The position numbers and the translations under genes were made by a program. From contig CM119265.1 in NCBI GenBank assembly GCA_051294375.1, positions 23,971,308-24,035,307 of the forward strand: a stretch of DNA of 64,000 nt, read 5' to 3'. The notes under the pieces were generated by a model. That model did not search any database, was not told the DNA's origin, and saw nothing but the letters and a program-made list of their open reading frames with translations. Source of the DNA: Paraspadella gotoi. Lineage: Eukaryota > Animalia > Chaetognatha. Every line of letters begins with the position of its first letter. Position 1 is the stretch's first letter. Positions 37,806-51,371 of this stretch are shown piece after piece.

Positions 37806-39344
37806 ACCACGAAGAAGAGCCCTATTCATCTTAGATCTTTCAGCATGCTGCGCGTAACGATATATCGATCGTACTCTTTATTATCTCTCGGTTTCATTAG
37901 ATCGCCCTAGAATAGAGACGAGAGAAAACTGATGAGAGAGTAGATGAGGAGGAGCAAAAAAGGACACGCAGACAAAAAGAGAGAAACATTGAAGAGTAGA
38001 TGATAACTTGAGTGAGGCGAATTGAAGCTAGATTGTCCACGGAGAACAGACCATCAAAAAAAAATAACACATAGAGATAATACAAAGCTAACAAAAAAAC
38101 TAATAAGGTTTGGCCAATTTGGATACTTGGATAATCTCTCATTCACAAATGTTTTTAAAGGGAACTGATTATCTATTAAACCATTTCCCCAATGACTATA
38201 TGGCCAAAGGTATGTTCATACGTAACTCAAAATGCGGATTCTAAGAATATCGTAATCATTAGATAGAGAAATCGAATTTTTATTCTAGCGAACAACCACG
38301 GAAGTCACAAAAGCCTAGATAAGAACTTGAGGTTAATTCCCCCGTTCAGTTTGCGGCTCACTATTCAGGGTAGCGGATAGACCCACGGTGGAGTTGAAGT
38401 ACAGGAGATAAACGTCTCAAGGATAGGCTAGACGAGGGCATCTCGGAAATGTGTGTTCAGTTTAGATTCGCACAATTTCCATCCTCAACTGATTTCGGGG
38501 GGTAAAAAAAGGTCATCGAGGGCCTCGGACTCTTAAGCTTCTGCCTTTAACCATCTCATGATTAGACACGAATCTTATAATAGGCGCAGGTATTCACATT
38601 AATTTCACACTTAAACACTCCAGATATTGAAGAATTGCAGGAAAATCATGTGATCCGACAAGTTGTAGAGTAGAATTTCAGGGGTTACAGCGAGGCCATG
38701 CGAATACTCAAATCTCTCCGGTTTTCTGATTCGAATTCTACGTACCATCCGAATTCGACTATGTACGTTGTGACCTCGAAGGTCGCTTGAATTAGACATT
38801 CTTAAGGCATATGGGAGGCCTGGGATAGAATGAGGAGGAGTGGGCGGAGGAGGACAGAGAAGAGTGACAGACCGGACTTGATCCGACGTACGTGACGATA
38901 ACTTTGCGATCGATGTATCAGAGTTAACTACTCAAAACTAGAAAAGACGTCATACAGTACTGAGGGAGAAAGATATATCATGACGTGATCAGATTAGATC
39001 TAAAATGGAGGTGATGAAAAATAGGGAGAAGAAGTAGAGAGTAGATGGCTAGAAGAGGAGAGAGAGAGAAACAAAAAATTGGAGGATAGTAATGATGATA
39101 AGATATAAATAAATGCTGAAACAACAGAAAGATTGTAAATTTAATTAAGCCCCAACAAACACACATTAAAATTAATGTTATAAGAGAGGAAAGAGAAAGA
39201 GAAATGTGTTGAATATATATGAAAAGCCGAAAGATTAAATTTCAAAAATAATATCGCAAGAAAAAGTAAGAAAAAGACAGTGGGCACAGAGAAACGAAGA
39301 AAAAGAAAAGCCAAGAAAAAAGAGGAGGGAAAAATAATTAAATA

Positions 39345-39812
39345 ACAATGAACGGTAATGTCCCATTGTGTTGCGACCCACAGTATGACTCTTAATTTTC
39401 ACGTGTATTTCTCTTTTAATAACACAATGGAGTTATATTGTACAGACATGTAACGACGTGTATTGATGAGGCAGACACTGCATCAAAACTAGTGGCTCTT
39501 TTATTCCTTATAGTTTTAGTGAATTCCTTGTAAATGGATTAAGAGCGCCCCTACGCGAAAGTACCTTAATAAGTTTTTATGAAGATTTTCTGTTTGTTCT
39601 GTCTTATACATTGGAGAGGCCGAAGGTAACCACTAACGCACAAAATTATTAATATGTTTGAGTTTTCAAGGGATAAGTTCGGATAGAATCGGAAACTAGA
39701 TTGACATCAATTATCTTGACCGTGACCGAACAGAGTGAACCCGGAGAAAAGTTGATTTTATATAAGTCGCGCTTGTCCGAGCGCAGTGCATCGCGGCGCT
39801 CAACTATATAAA
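39345..39812 (-). mobile_element. Family B element (noisy copy)
   Basis: aacggtaat..tgtgttgcg at one end and gaaaagttgatt..tata..gtcgc..tcgcggcgctcaacta at the other. Collinear with 51040-51330 and 43682-43880. Confidence 0.6.
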
Positions 39813-39859
39813 GAGGTGCCGCCGGGATTAACTAACTTGAGATAAATACGTGTCGCTAT

Positions 39860-40465
39860 GGTAATGAAGAAAAGGTAGAAGAGACTATAAAGACTATCTC
39901 ATGACCCCTTTGTTTGGGCATTTGCTGGAGAGGGATGGAAAAGGCAACGACCGGGTCCGCTGAAGAGGCGGACATGGATATTTGTGGGGAAGGAAGGAAA
40001 TTAACCGGTCTCGGGAAAGAAAATTATGGACGTATCAATTTTTTGGGGGTAACCGAGTCAGGCAATTGGTGATTAGGGGTGAAGAAAGAGGGAACGAGAG
40101 AGAGAAGAGAGCGAGGAGAGAGAGAAGAGAAGAGAGGAGAAGAGAGAAGAGAGAGAGAGAAGAGAGAGAGAGTAGAGATGAGAGAGAGGGAGAGAGAGAG
40201 AGAGAAAGAGAGAGAGAGGCTGCCCATTTATTAATAGTCGACGCGTCCAGTTTATTGATTTCCGTCTTTTTAAATCCGAACATCGATTGTGGGTCTCGGG
40301 ATTTTTCATTTTTCGATTTATTCATCATTTTTCTTTTTCCTATTTTTTCTTTTTACATTTGGGGTGGGTTTTTCATATTGTTTTCGTTGTTTTCCTTTCG
40401 ATGTTTATATTTAATGTGAATTTGGTGTTTTCGTACCTAATTATTGCGGAGGCCCAGACGCACAA
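39860..40465 (-). repeat. Noisy inverted copy of 48960-49550
   Basis: gcatttgctg..gagggatg..aaaggcaacgacc..tccgctgaagagg and tttccgtcttttta..tccgaacatcgat..tttcgttgttttcctttcgatgtttat match the reverse complement of 48960-49550, with extra inserted bases. Confidence 0.85.
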
Positions 40466-43400
40466 CTTATGGATATCGTCATCAGATCATGATTCTGATA
40501 CTAATCTCTAACATTGTCACCCTTGACCTTTACATTCATGTCACTGGGGAGGGGGATCCAATTGTGATATAATCTTTTTCTTCACATTCAGATCTTTCTT
40601 TATCCTTGTCAACCTTTCACTTCTCATGAATCCGCATGGGCCAGATTATTAATCGTTTATCACAATTGTAAGACTGACATCACACTGAATGTCTCGTCTC
40701 TCGAACGATCTTATCTTGTTTATGAGAGTGGTCGACATTTAGTCCGAAGTTGAATTCCAGTATAGTTTCGCCTAGCATACATTCGCTGGTCACTTGCGAA
40801 GCGCACACGAGAGGCTACATCAACCGCGTAAGAGATCAGTGACGCCAATTCCTTCGGCATTAACTTCTGTGGCTCAAAATCTTTTGTCCTATGTTTTACT
40901 TGTGTATTTTTTGGCGACTTAGGAGGGGGGACTTGCCTGCCCAGCGTAGGGGTAGAGACCGAATATATCCGTTTTCCGCTTGACAGGAGCGGGGGCCAGG
41001 ACAGGATTTCCTTTTCCGCGGCGTTACGCTCCCATGTGGGATCTTCCCTGGCCACTGGTACTATTATTTAGCCGTTCCACTGCATTCCTCCCCTCTCCTA
41101 CCGGCGGAGTCCTGCGCTCGACACAGATGTCCTGAGGACGGACCGGTCCCAATGCGACCGAGGAGCACGGGTGAGGGACCGCCACTGCTAACGGCCTCTC
41201 TCTGAACCATCTACCTAGGCCGAGACCGGATACTATACCATCGGAGTTGTACCGGGGGGGGAGGCCCGGGGTGCTTTGGTCCGAGGAAGGAATTTTTTTC
41301 TGTTGTCACGGCGCGGGACCGCATTAGTGTGACGGGGGATGAGGATACCAGATGACGTTTTATTCCGGAGTTGATCCGAAGATGATCGAGCATCACGCTG
41401 GGAGTTTACCGTGGCCACGAAGCGAGGGTGAGGCAGGGATGGGGGGCCGGGGAGGCGGGGGGTGGGTCGATCGAGAATCGTCTTGGATCCGGCGGAGGGG
41501 TGCTGTCCTCGTCGTCAGGCCGGTTAGGGGGCAGGGGGGGAAGGCTGGGCGGTAGTTGCAATTGTGCGAGTGGGCGGCGGGGACTGGGATCATGGGGGTG
41601 CTGAGGGTCCATGCGGCGAGGACGAGAATTTCTAGGATGTGTCTCACTTCCAGATGCGTGCGCTGTGGATGGAGGGAGCGCGAGGCTTTTGCATGCGTGA
41701 GTGGGGGGACCGGTCGGTCGCACCAAGAGTTGATGCCCGCGATGGGGGGACATTGCAATATGGGCCTGGGTGGTTGCTGAGGAGAGGAGGGGATGTGCTG
41801 CTGAGTTCACAGATGATGGGGTACACGAGCGATTTGCGGGATGTGACGAGCGTGCAAGGGAGGGGGATGGCATCATCGAGTGGGGAGGAGTGAGCGGAGC
41901 GAGGTAGCAGGATCGAAGGGAGAGTAAGAGAGGAGGGCGGCCAGTATGAGATCATGTAATAATCGCTGGAGTGTTTTAATAGACGTTTAAGTTATCAAGA
42001 GTTTTTTTTAATTCATGATATTGATTTCTTTTTTTTTTATAAAGTAGTGCTATGTATTCTTTATCTTGTTCACAGATAATGAGGCTACTTAAGAGGACGA
42101 AAGTTATAAATTNNNNNNNNNNNNNNNNNNNNNNNNNCAAGTTGCGGCAAGTTGCCGCATCTTGAGGGCGGACATTTATAAGAAGTCGCGCGTGCGCGGC
42201 GAGTTGCAAGTTGCATCTCGCAGCGAGGGGGATGTGTGCGCTGGAGGACGACCCAGTTTGTGCAAGAGTGTTTTTTGTTTGTAAAAAATGACGTAAAATA
42301 TAATAAAACGGAATTATTACGTTAAATGTGAACAATACGTGGCGTAGTTAAGAAATGAAAATAATTTTTATATTTTGAGCTACAACCAACATGAAGTGTT
42401 CTGGAAGAAGCCAACTGCAGTTGCTTTTTTCCGGAAATTTCAGACAAAATCAGAATCTTTTTCACGTACGAATTTAAGGGAAAGAAAAGAGGAATTCAAT
42501 TCAATTCTGTTTTGACGAGAGAGAGAGNNNNNNNNNNNNNNNNNNNNNNNNNNNNNNNNNNNNNNNNNNNNNNNNNNNNNNNNNNNNNNNNNNNNNNNNN
42601 NNNNNNNNNNNNNNNNNNNNNNNNNNNNNNNNNNNNNNNNNNNNNNNNNNNNNNNNNNNNNNNNNNNNNNNNNNNNNNNNNNNNNNNNNNNNNNNNNNNN
42701 NNNNNNNNNNNNNNNNNNNNNNNNNNNNNNNNNNNTTTAGCGAAAGTCATAAAAAGATATTATCGCAGCTACGCTTCGCTATTTACGGCTTATTATCTAC
42801 TCGCTTACTATTTTTCTCTCTTTTTATCTCGTTCTTGTCTCCTTTACAAAACTTTTGCCAAAAAGACCACCGACATTTTATATTAACTTATGTGCTATTA
42901 CTTTTTTCGACAAAAAAAATAAACAAAAAAAANNNNNNNNNNNNNNNNNNNNNNNNNNNNNNNNNNNNNNNNNNNNNNNNNNNNNNNNNNNNNNNNNNNN
43001 NNNNNNNNNNNNNNNNNNNNNNNNNNNNNNNNNNNNNNNNNNNNNNNNNNNNNNNNNNNNNNNNNNNNNNNNNNNNNNNNNNNNNNNNNNNNNNNNNNNN
43101 NNNNNNNNNNNNNNNNNNNNNNNNNNNNNNNNNNNNNNNNNNNNNNNNNNNNNNNNNNNNNNNNNNNNNNNNNNNNNNNNNNNNNNNNNNNNNNNNNNNN
43201 NNNNNNNNNNNNNNNNNNNNNNNNNNNNNNNNNNNNNNNNNNNNNNNNNNNNNNNNNNNNNNNNNNNNNNNNNNNNNNNNNNNNNNNNNNNNNNNNNNNN
43301 NNNNNNNNNNNNNNNNNNNNNNNNNNNNNNNNNNNNNNNNNNNNNNNNNNNNNNNNNNNNNNNNNNNNNNNNNNNNNNNNNNNNNNNNNNNNNNNNNNNN

Positions 43401-43681
43401 NNNNNNNNNNNNNNNNNNNNNNNNNNNNNNNNNNNNNNNNNNNNNNNNNNNNNNNNNNNNNNNNNNNNNNNNNNNNNNNNNNNNNNNNNNNNNNNNNNNN
43501 NNNNNNNNNNNNNNNNNNNNNNNNNNNNNNNNNNNNNNNNNNNNNNNNNNNNNNNNNNNNNNNNNNNNNNNNNNNNNNNNNNNNNNNNNNNNNNNNNNNN
43601 NNNNNNNNNNNNNNNNNNNNNNNNNNNNNNNNNNNNNNNNNNNNNNNNNNNNNNNNNNNNNNNNNNNNNNNNNNNNNNNNN

Positions 43682-43882
43682 GTTTTAGGAATTCCTGAAG
43701 GCGGCGCTAGCAGTCCTTTAGTTTTGAGGTTTTTTTCTGTCTTAACAAATGAGCAGGCAAATTATATGTATTTTTAAGGTAAGTCGGATAGATCGACAGA
43801 TGGACATACTGACTGACCGACAGAGCGACCGAAAAGTGATTTATATAGTCGCTCCGCGAGTGCTCGCGGCGCAACTATAAAG
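43682..43882 (-). mobile_element. Family B element (partial)
   Basis: gacaga/gaccga microsatellite, aaaagtgatttatatagtcgct, hairpin CCGCGA-gtgc-TCGCGG, and GCGGCGCAAC at 43866-43875. Confidence 0.7.
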
Positions 43883-44164
43883 GAGGGGAAACGGAGGAAG
43901 AAATATGAAAGAGATGATAGAGAGAAGAATGAGAAAGGAAAATGAAAAAAAAAAACGACGGAGACGGGCGTGGGGTGGATTTGGCGGGGAGGATTTAAAA
44001 GAAAGGGAAAGATTTACGATGTTAGAGAAGGATTTAGGGACACAGGAATTTTGAACGATAAGGAAGGATTTGAGAAATAATCGTGGATTTGATGGTACAT
44101 GGAAGGATTTGTGAGGAAAGCAAAAGAGATTTGGAGGGTAATGGGAACGGAAGAAACATTTACT

Positions 44165-44345
44165 TTTTTTTTGTTCCGGTGAAACTTAATTTCCAGCTCA
44201 ATCACACACTTCCTTACCCACACACAAAATTTTAAGTCAATCAACCCATCCACTCATGAGTAATTAGCGTTCAAATCTATGTTTGGACAGACAGACAGAC
44301 GGACGGACAGACGATTTGGGCATTATTTATCATAATTGGATTATC
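44165..44345 (+). mobile_element. Possible Helitron/Lep1-like non-autonomous element end
   Basis: acaaaattttaagtcaatc.. followed by an (ACAG/ACGG)n tract and an AT-rich end. This layout is common in Lep1/DINE-like rolling-circle relics. Resemblance only. Confidence 0.4.
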
Positions 44346-44749
44346 TGACATGATCTAAGTGACTAACCGACAAGATTTTGGGGTGGGACCGACGGACCGA
44401 TAATGTGAATCGTGCGTAGAACCGAAATCTGTAAGCAGATCCGGTGAAAAATGANNNNNNNNNNNNNNNNNNNNNNNNNNNNNNNNNNNNNNNNNNNNNN
44501 NNNNNNNNNNNNNNNNNNNNNNNNNNNNNNNNNNNNNNNNNNNNNNNNNNNNNNNNNNNNNNNNNNNNNNNNNNNNNNNNNNNNNNNNNNNNNNNNNNNN
44601 NNNNNNNNNNNNNNNNNNNNNNNNNNNNNNNNNNNNNNNNNNCAAAGGGTTCAAAGCGAATTCCCGAAGAAAAGGGAAACTGGGTGAGTTCATCCGAGTC
44701 GCGAGGTGAGGCGCCGATGTCACGGAAAATTGTGACGAAGAAACTTTGA

Positions 44750-45140
44750 AGTGAAAAGATTAAAAATGGAGGAAAGGTGAAGGTTGATGGAGTTAGGAGG
44801 GGAGTTTGGGATGGAGGAAAAGGGATGAGAAATGGAAACTTGATGGAGAAAAGATTAAAAATGGAGGAAAGGTGAAGGTTGATGGAGTTAGGAAGATGGA
44901 GGGAGGGAGGAAAGTGATGGGAAATGGAAACATGATGGAGAAAAGATTAAAATGGAGGAAAGGTGAAGGTTGATGGAGTTAGGAGGGGAGTTTGGGATGG
45001 AGGAAAGGGATGAGAAATGAAAACTCGATGGAGAAAAGATTAAAATGGAGGAAAGGTGAAGGTTGATGGAGTTAGGGGAGTTGGGGAGGGAGGAAAGGGA
45101 TGAGAAATGGAAACTTGAAGGAGAAAAGATTAAAAAAGGA
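44750..45140. repeat. ~90-bp purine-rich tandem repeat, ~4.3 units
   Basis: aaagattaaaa(a)tggaggaaaggtgaaggttgatggagttagg recurs at ~44756, 44851, 44942 and 45035. Confidence 0.9.
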
Positions 45141-46359
45141 GGAAAAAAAGAAGAAAAGAAAGAGAGGTGGAGCCTGAGAGGAAGAAGAAAAGAGAGGTGG
45201 AGGAAAGAAGGCGGAAGAGAATTTGGAGAAAACAAAGAAAAGAGATATGATAGAGAAGTACGCTCAGAACATATCACAACGCCGAAACGAAAAGAGAGGT
45301 AGGGGACAGAGGAAGAGGAGGAGGAGAGGGAGTCCCTGTTCTTTGTTGTCAGCATCGATGATCAGTGGCGCTGCATTTGGTTGAGAATTGATCGGTCGAC
45401 ATAACGCGCCCGAAACAAAAGAGAGTAGGGGAGGGAGTACGTAAAGAAGGCAGGAGAAGAGGGAGTCCCTGTATCTTCCTTTGTTAGTCAGCAATCGAAG
45501 GTTGAACCACCTGGCGCCAAGACTGGATGGTTATCGCCGTCGACATTCATCTACTCTCCTTTCCGTCAACACACTCCGCCCATCGACTCGCCTCGCGAAT
45601 TAGAGTCCTCCTCGTTCCTTCATCTTTCTTCTTCNNNNNNNNNNNNNNNNNNNNNNNNNNNNNNNNNNNNNNNNNNNNNNNNNNNNNNTTCTTCTTTTCT
45701 CTTCTTCCTCCTTTTTTCTTCTTCCTTCATTTCTTTTCTGTTTTCTTCTTTCTCCTTTTTTCTTTTCTTACTTTTTTTCTTCCTTCCTTTTTTCTTCTTC
45801 CTTCCATTTTTTCTTTTTCCTTCCTTTTTCTTCAGTTTTCTTCTACCTAATTTTTTCTTCTCTTCCTTTTTTTTCTTCCTTCCTTTTTCTATTTCTCATA
45901 ACTCATTTTTTTCTACTTTGGTTTTTTCTTTTTCATGTTCTACGTTTTCTCTTTCTATTTTTCATTTCTTTCTTTTAATTTATTTTGTTTTTTCCTCTCT
46001 TCCTTTTTTTCTTATATTCTTTTTCTCTCTTAAAAAAATATCATTGCACTGAAAACAAAAGAATGAAACAAGATGTCAGTTTCAGATTATTTTCTGTCAA
46101 AGAACGAAAACAATTTTCGCGGAATTAATTAATCAAGTTTGTTTAAAAAACAATAGTTAAGCCTCTCTCTCTTTCTCTCCGTCCGAAATTAATCTAAGAA
46201 AGCGGAATATTTTTCATTAGCTCAGAACTCAATTCTCTCTCTCCGTTAATCCGATTTTCGAGAGAAGAAAATGTTTCTCAATCTCGAAAATAGACGTCGC
46301 TGTCAAGCTGTCCGGGGGAAACTAACAGAGCTTGCTTCGCCAAGCTTGCCAAACGAAGA

Positions 46360-46447
<88 letters not shown>

Positions 46448-46866
46448 CTGAATTCACGGCGCGTGGATTAATAAAGGGATGAATTTGTGGATGAAAACAT
46501 TTCATGCGGACGCTGGGCGGTCGAATAACAAATTATGTGTCGCAAGTTGATTGGTTGGTTATTTTATTGGCTTGTTGGTTGGTTGTTTGGTTGTTTGTAT
46601 TTTACCAAGCTCGGTCAGTTTGTTGAAATGTTCATTTGTCTTTCAGTTCGTTCGTTTAAATGTTATATAATATAATTTATGAGGTGGCTGTGGTATTCCT
46701 CCCACACGGGATTCCTCCATTTATTATAACTTCCATTAATTTATTCATTTAATAATTTACTCCCTTTATATCTTCATTCATTGTTTAATAAATATTTAAT
46801 CAATTAATTAGTTTTTTAATAATTTATATTTTTATTCATTTTATTGATTCCCATCCCATCCCATCT

Positions 46867-46952
<86 letters not shown>

Positions 46953-47654
46953 TCTCCTTTGACGAAGCACCCGTGACGCGGTTGGCCTTTTTCCCTTCGC
47001 CATCCCTCGTCGCACGAACCATTAAACCCTTGGCGTTAAAAAACGTGGCGTTGCGTTCGGCGGCGCGCGACGTCCGTCCTCCACTTCCGGTGGAACTTGA
47101 AGCGCGAGAGGAAAAAAAAAAACCGGGCGGCGTCCAAACAAATTTTCTCATCCGAGTCGAACGGCGCGTGCGCCTTCCTGTGTTGTCTGTCGGCCTGTCT
47201 GTCTGGCTCCATTTGGTTGTCAGGCTGTCCGATTGCCCGCCTGCTTGCCTGTCTGCCCGACAGTTTTTCTTTTTCCTTCCTTCCATTCATTCTGTCCTTC
47301 CTACCATCCTAACACCTTTCTTTCCTTTGATTCCTTCTTTCCTTCCTTCCTTCCTTCCTTCCTTCCTTCCTTCCTTTTTTCATCACTTCCTTCTTTTTTT
47401 CCATCCATCCTTTTTTTCCTCCTTCCGCGAAACCGCGACACAGGACCTGTCAGTCCCTGAGTGACAACTTTGGTGACGAGCCTTTGCGTGACAAAGGAGA
47501 GTGACCCCCTAAAGAGTGACAAACCAATGACAGAGAGCGAAAAATGGAATGCGTAGACTTTGTTAGGAGAAAGGCCGCGTGAAAGAAAAGCTGGAAACAT
47601 TAATTGGACTATAATGTTTGAGAAACTGAAGTATAAATGTAATCGTGCATTATT

Positions 47655-47750
47655 ATATGAAATTGGTACAACCAATATAAAAATTATCCATCCATTTAAT
47701 AAATAAGCTATCTTGTCCCTGACTTTGGACAGGCTTTGGTGGTTTAAAGC
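47655..47750 (+). mobile_element. Family A fragment
   Basis: atgaaattggtacaaccaatataaaaattatcca..taagctatcttgtccctgactttggacaggctttgg. Confidence 0.75.
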
Positions 47751-47895
47751 GCCAAATCCTAAGACTGTATATGAAAATTGCACGAAAATGCGCCTTTAAA
47801 CTTAAATTAAAGTTATAATAATTTTATAATGCGATGGAATTTTTTTTCGATGAGATCTGAAAAATCAAACTTCTGCCGTCGTTCGACGCCGATGA

Positions 47896-48541
47896 ATGTC
47901 GGTTCGAGAATCAATAAGAGAGAACAGAGTCGCTGAGAAAAAAGACGGAAAGAGAGAAAAGCTCGAAACAGAAAAAAGAATTATTACCGAAGGCAAACAA
48001 AGAATCGTAACGACTGGAAGGACTGAGAGGAGGAGTGGGGTTGGGGAGAGGGCAGAGGGGGCAAAGGGAGAGGGGAGTGGGGGAAAGGATAAAGTCTTGA
48101 TGGAAGCGGTGAGTCGCTATAGATTAGGATGAAGAAGGATGCAAAGATCGAGGCTGAATAATGTAGATTGTGAATAAATAAACAATTATAAAAAAAAATA
48201 TGAATAAAAAAACTTTGAATAAAACACAGGATATAAGATAATGGCGTCGATCACTGATGTCGAACCGCAAATGGTACATATGAAAGCAATCAGCAACAGC
48301 AATTGCAGTCATCGCGGATCATTGAGACGACGGATGAAAGCTGCGATCAGCGATGGAAATTAGAATTTCCTCGGATGGAAGCAATGATCAGCGACGACAA
48401 TTGCAACTGCAACCGCTGACGAAGGACGACGCCGATCAAGAGATCGAGGACGGCGTCCGTCGTGGAAACTCAGCGGAGCTCGATGGAACTGGGGAAAAGT
48501 CAGTGGACCGACTAATGGGGAAAAATCTCTCGACCAAAGAG
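47896..48541 (+). CDS. Candidate charged low-complexity exons (uncharacterised, probably frameshifted)
   Basis: One ORF ends ..GKDKVLMEA at a GTGAGT donor (48109). A second stretch, SSDGSNDQRRQLQLQPLTKDDADQEIEDG..LSTKE, ends at gag|gtaaac. Acceptors and phase are not resolved. Confidence 0.3.
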
Positions 48542-48744
48542 GTAAACTCGAGGAAGATGGTCGGAGGGAGGGAGAGAGGGAGACGGGGGGGAGAGAGGGA
48601 GGAATCGTGGAGGAGGAGACGGAGGAAGAGGAAGGAAAAGAGTGGAGGAAGAAAGGGAGGAAGCGGAAAGGAATCGTGAGCGGAGGAAGTGCAAAAAAAG
48701 AAAAAAGGAAGATTGAGAAGAATTGCGAAGGTGATGAGTTGAAG

Positions 48745-48928
48745 GAGGAATGAGAAAGGAAAGGGAAAGGAAAGAAAGATGAGAGAAAGAGAATAATTGG
48801 AGGAATGAGAAAGGAAAGGGAAAGGAAAGAAAGATGAGAGAAAGATAATAATTGGAGGAATGAGAAAGGAAAGGGAAAGGAAAGAAAGATGAGAGAAAGA
48901 TAATAATTGGAGGAATGAGAAAGGAAGG
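48745..48928. repeat. ~55-bp tandem repeat, ~3.3 units
   Basis: ggaggaatgagaaaggaaagggaaaggaaagaaagatgagagaaaga.aataatt repeated. Confidence 0.9.
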
Positions 48929-50512
48929 TGACAAGTTAGAATTAGACAGAATCAGACTGAGACGAAGTGTGCCGCAAATGAGGTCGAAAAAACAAATACA
49001 ATTAAAGATAAACATCGAAAGGAAAACAACGAAAACAATTATGAAAAAAAAATGTAAAAAGAAAAAAGAAAAAGAAAAAGAGAAAAATCGAAAAAGAAAA
49101 AGAGAAAAATCGATGTTCGGATTAAAAAGACGGAAACAAAACTGGACGGTCGACATAAAAGAGGCNNNNNNNNNNNNNNNNNNNNNNNNNNNNNNNNNNN
49201 NNNNNNNNNNNNNNNNNNNNNNNNNNNNNNNNNNNNNNNNNNNNNNNNNNNNNNNNNNNNNNNNNNNNNNNNNNNNNNNNNNNNNNNNNNNNNNNNNNNN
49301 NNNNNNNNNNNNNNNNNNNNNNNNNNNNNNNNNNNNNNNNNNNNNNNNNNNNNNNNNNNCTCTCTCTCTCTCGCCACTCTTCTTCACCCCCAAAAATGCT
49401 GATGGTTACCAAAAAAGAAGAGAATTTCTTGAGACCGGAATTCCTCTCAAAAAATATGGCCTCTTCAGCGGAGGTCGTTGCCTTTCATCCCTCTCAGCAA
49501 ATGCAAAAAAGGGGATGAGAAGCTTTATAGTTCTTCCACCTTTTTTCATTACATACGGGAGTTTTACTTCAAGTAGTTACATCCGGACACTACGTGCTCA
49601 CAGCGCATGTCACCGAAATGAAATCTATGACAATGGTTAGTGGTTACTCTTAAACCAAAGATTATTCTTTGGTTTAATAAAAAAGCTATCTTCNNNNNNN
49701 NNNAGGCAAAACCGTTAAACTCGCAGCAACTATTTTAATACAATAAGTTAAAAGGTAGATTTTCTACAAACAAGATAAGTCCCATCCCGACTTCACCTCC
49801 TAAGAATTCCCTCAAAGTCAAACAAAAGTTTCTGGTCATTTTCTTTCGATGTTCCTTTGTTTGATGAACTTTTGATTCCGAGGTCAGAGGTCACCTCTGC
49901 CTCGACGACCCCGGGGTCCTTGACCACGCGTCCCCGTTACCTCTTCAGGCCATCCTCATTAAATCTGACTTGATCGATTAAAATTGAAATTGGGAAGAAA
50001 TCGATTATAGAAAACGAACANNNNNNNNNNNNNNNNNNNNNNNNNNNNNNNNNNNNNNNNNNNNNNNNNNNNNNNNNNNNNNNNNNNNNNNNNNNNNNNN
50101 NNNNNNNNNNNNNNNNNNNNNNNNTCTCTCTCTCTGGCATTAGAAAAGGGTCATCGATTCGTCGACTCGAAGCTCGAGAAGGTTTCTTCGTGGGTCACGT
50201 GATCCCGAAGAAAGTGGAGGCTTTGATCTCGAGACATTAACTCTAGGGTTAACGCTGCAGCGATAATGGTGATAATGTAGTGCTAATGTAGAGATAATGT
50301 TTTATGAATATTGTAATTATATTATATTATATTTCTCTCTCATCTAATTCAATAACCATTTAATGTTACATTTGTAAAAAAAAAAATTAATACTTTTGAA
50401 TAACTTAGTATATTTACTTACCGTCGCAAACAATAGATTTTCCGACATCAAGGAAAACGCACTGCAGAATTTTCTTGAGGTCGTGGGGGCTAAAAATAAC
50501 GACGAAGTCGAA

Positions 50513-50545
<33 letters not shown>

Positions 50546-50744
50546 NNNNNNNNNNNNNNNNNNNNNNNNNNNNNNNNNNNNNNNNNNNNNNNNNNNNNNN
50601 NNNNNNNNNNNNNNNNNNNNNNNNNNNNNNNNNNNNNNNNNNNNNNNNNNNNNNCCTTTCCTTTCCTCTGCCCGCGCGATTCTTGGACGTGATAAGATTA
50701 CAAGTAGAACTTTCCCCTTTTTATGGAAAAAGGTTGTTATGGCG

Positions 50745-50985
50745 GGAAAGGGAAAAGGAGGAGAAGGAGGGGGGAGAGGGGAGAGGTAATAAGGAAGAGA
50801 AAGAAGGGAAAAGGAGGAGAAGGAGGGGGGAGAGAGGGAGAGGTAATAAGGAAGAAAAAGAGGGAAAAAGGAGGAGAAGGAGGGGGAGAGAGGGAGAGGT
50901 AATAAGGAGAGAAAGAAGGGAAAAGGAGGAGAAGGAGGGGGGAGAGAGGGAGAGGTAATAAGGAAGAGAAAGAAGGGAAAAGGGA
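50745..50985. repeat. ~58-bp purine tandem repeat, ~4 units
   Basis: gggaaaaggaggagaaggaggggggagagagggagaggtaataaggaaga repeated. Confidence 0.9.
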
Positions 50986-51037
50986 AGATAGAAATAAAAA
51001 ATATAAGGAAAAAATAGGGAACAGGAAAATGAAAATT

Positions 51038-51330
51038 AAGAACGGTAATTCAAATGTGTTGCGCCGCAGTTACTGCCTTACTGACATGACGTGACATGAC
51101 TACAATAACTTTCTTAGCTAACACACACTGAATTACAATACGTTTTATATTCCTTTTAGTATTTCCTGAAGGTGACGCAAGCAGTTACTTAGATTGAGGT
51201 TTTTTCTATCCTAACAAATTAGCAACCAACTACAAGCAAGTTATATGTATTTTTAATGTAAATAAGACAGACCGACGGACAGACATATCGACCGACCGAC
51301 AGACCGACCGAAAAGTGACCTATAGAGTAA
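51038..51330 (-). mobile_element. Family B element (partial)
   Basis: GTTGCGCCGC at 51058-51067 is the reverse complement of 43866-43875. Shares internal sequence and gaccgaccgaaaagtgacctatagagt. Confidence 0.7.
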
Positions 51331-51371
51331 CCTAGAGAGAAATAAGAATGAGAGTAGATATATGTGGATAA

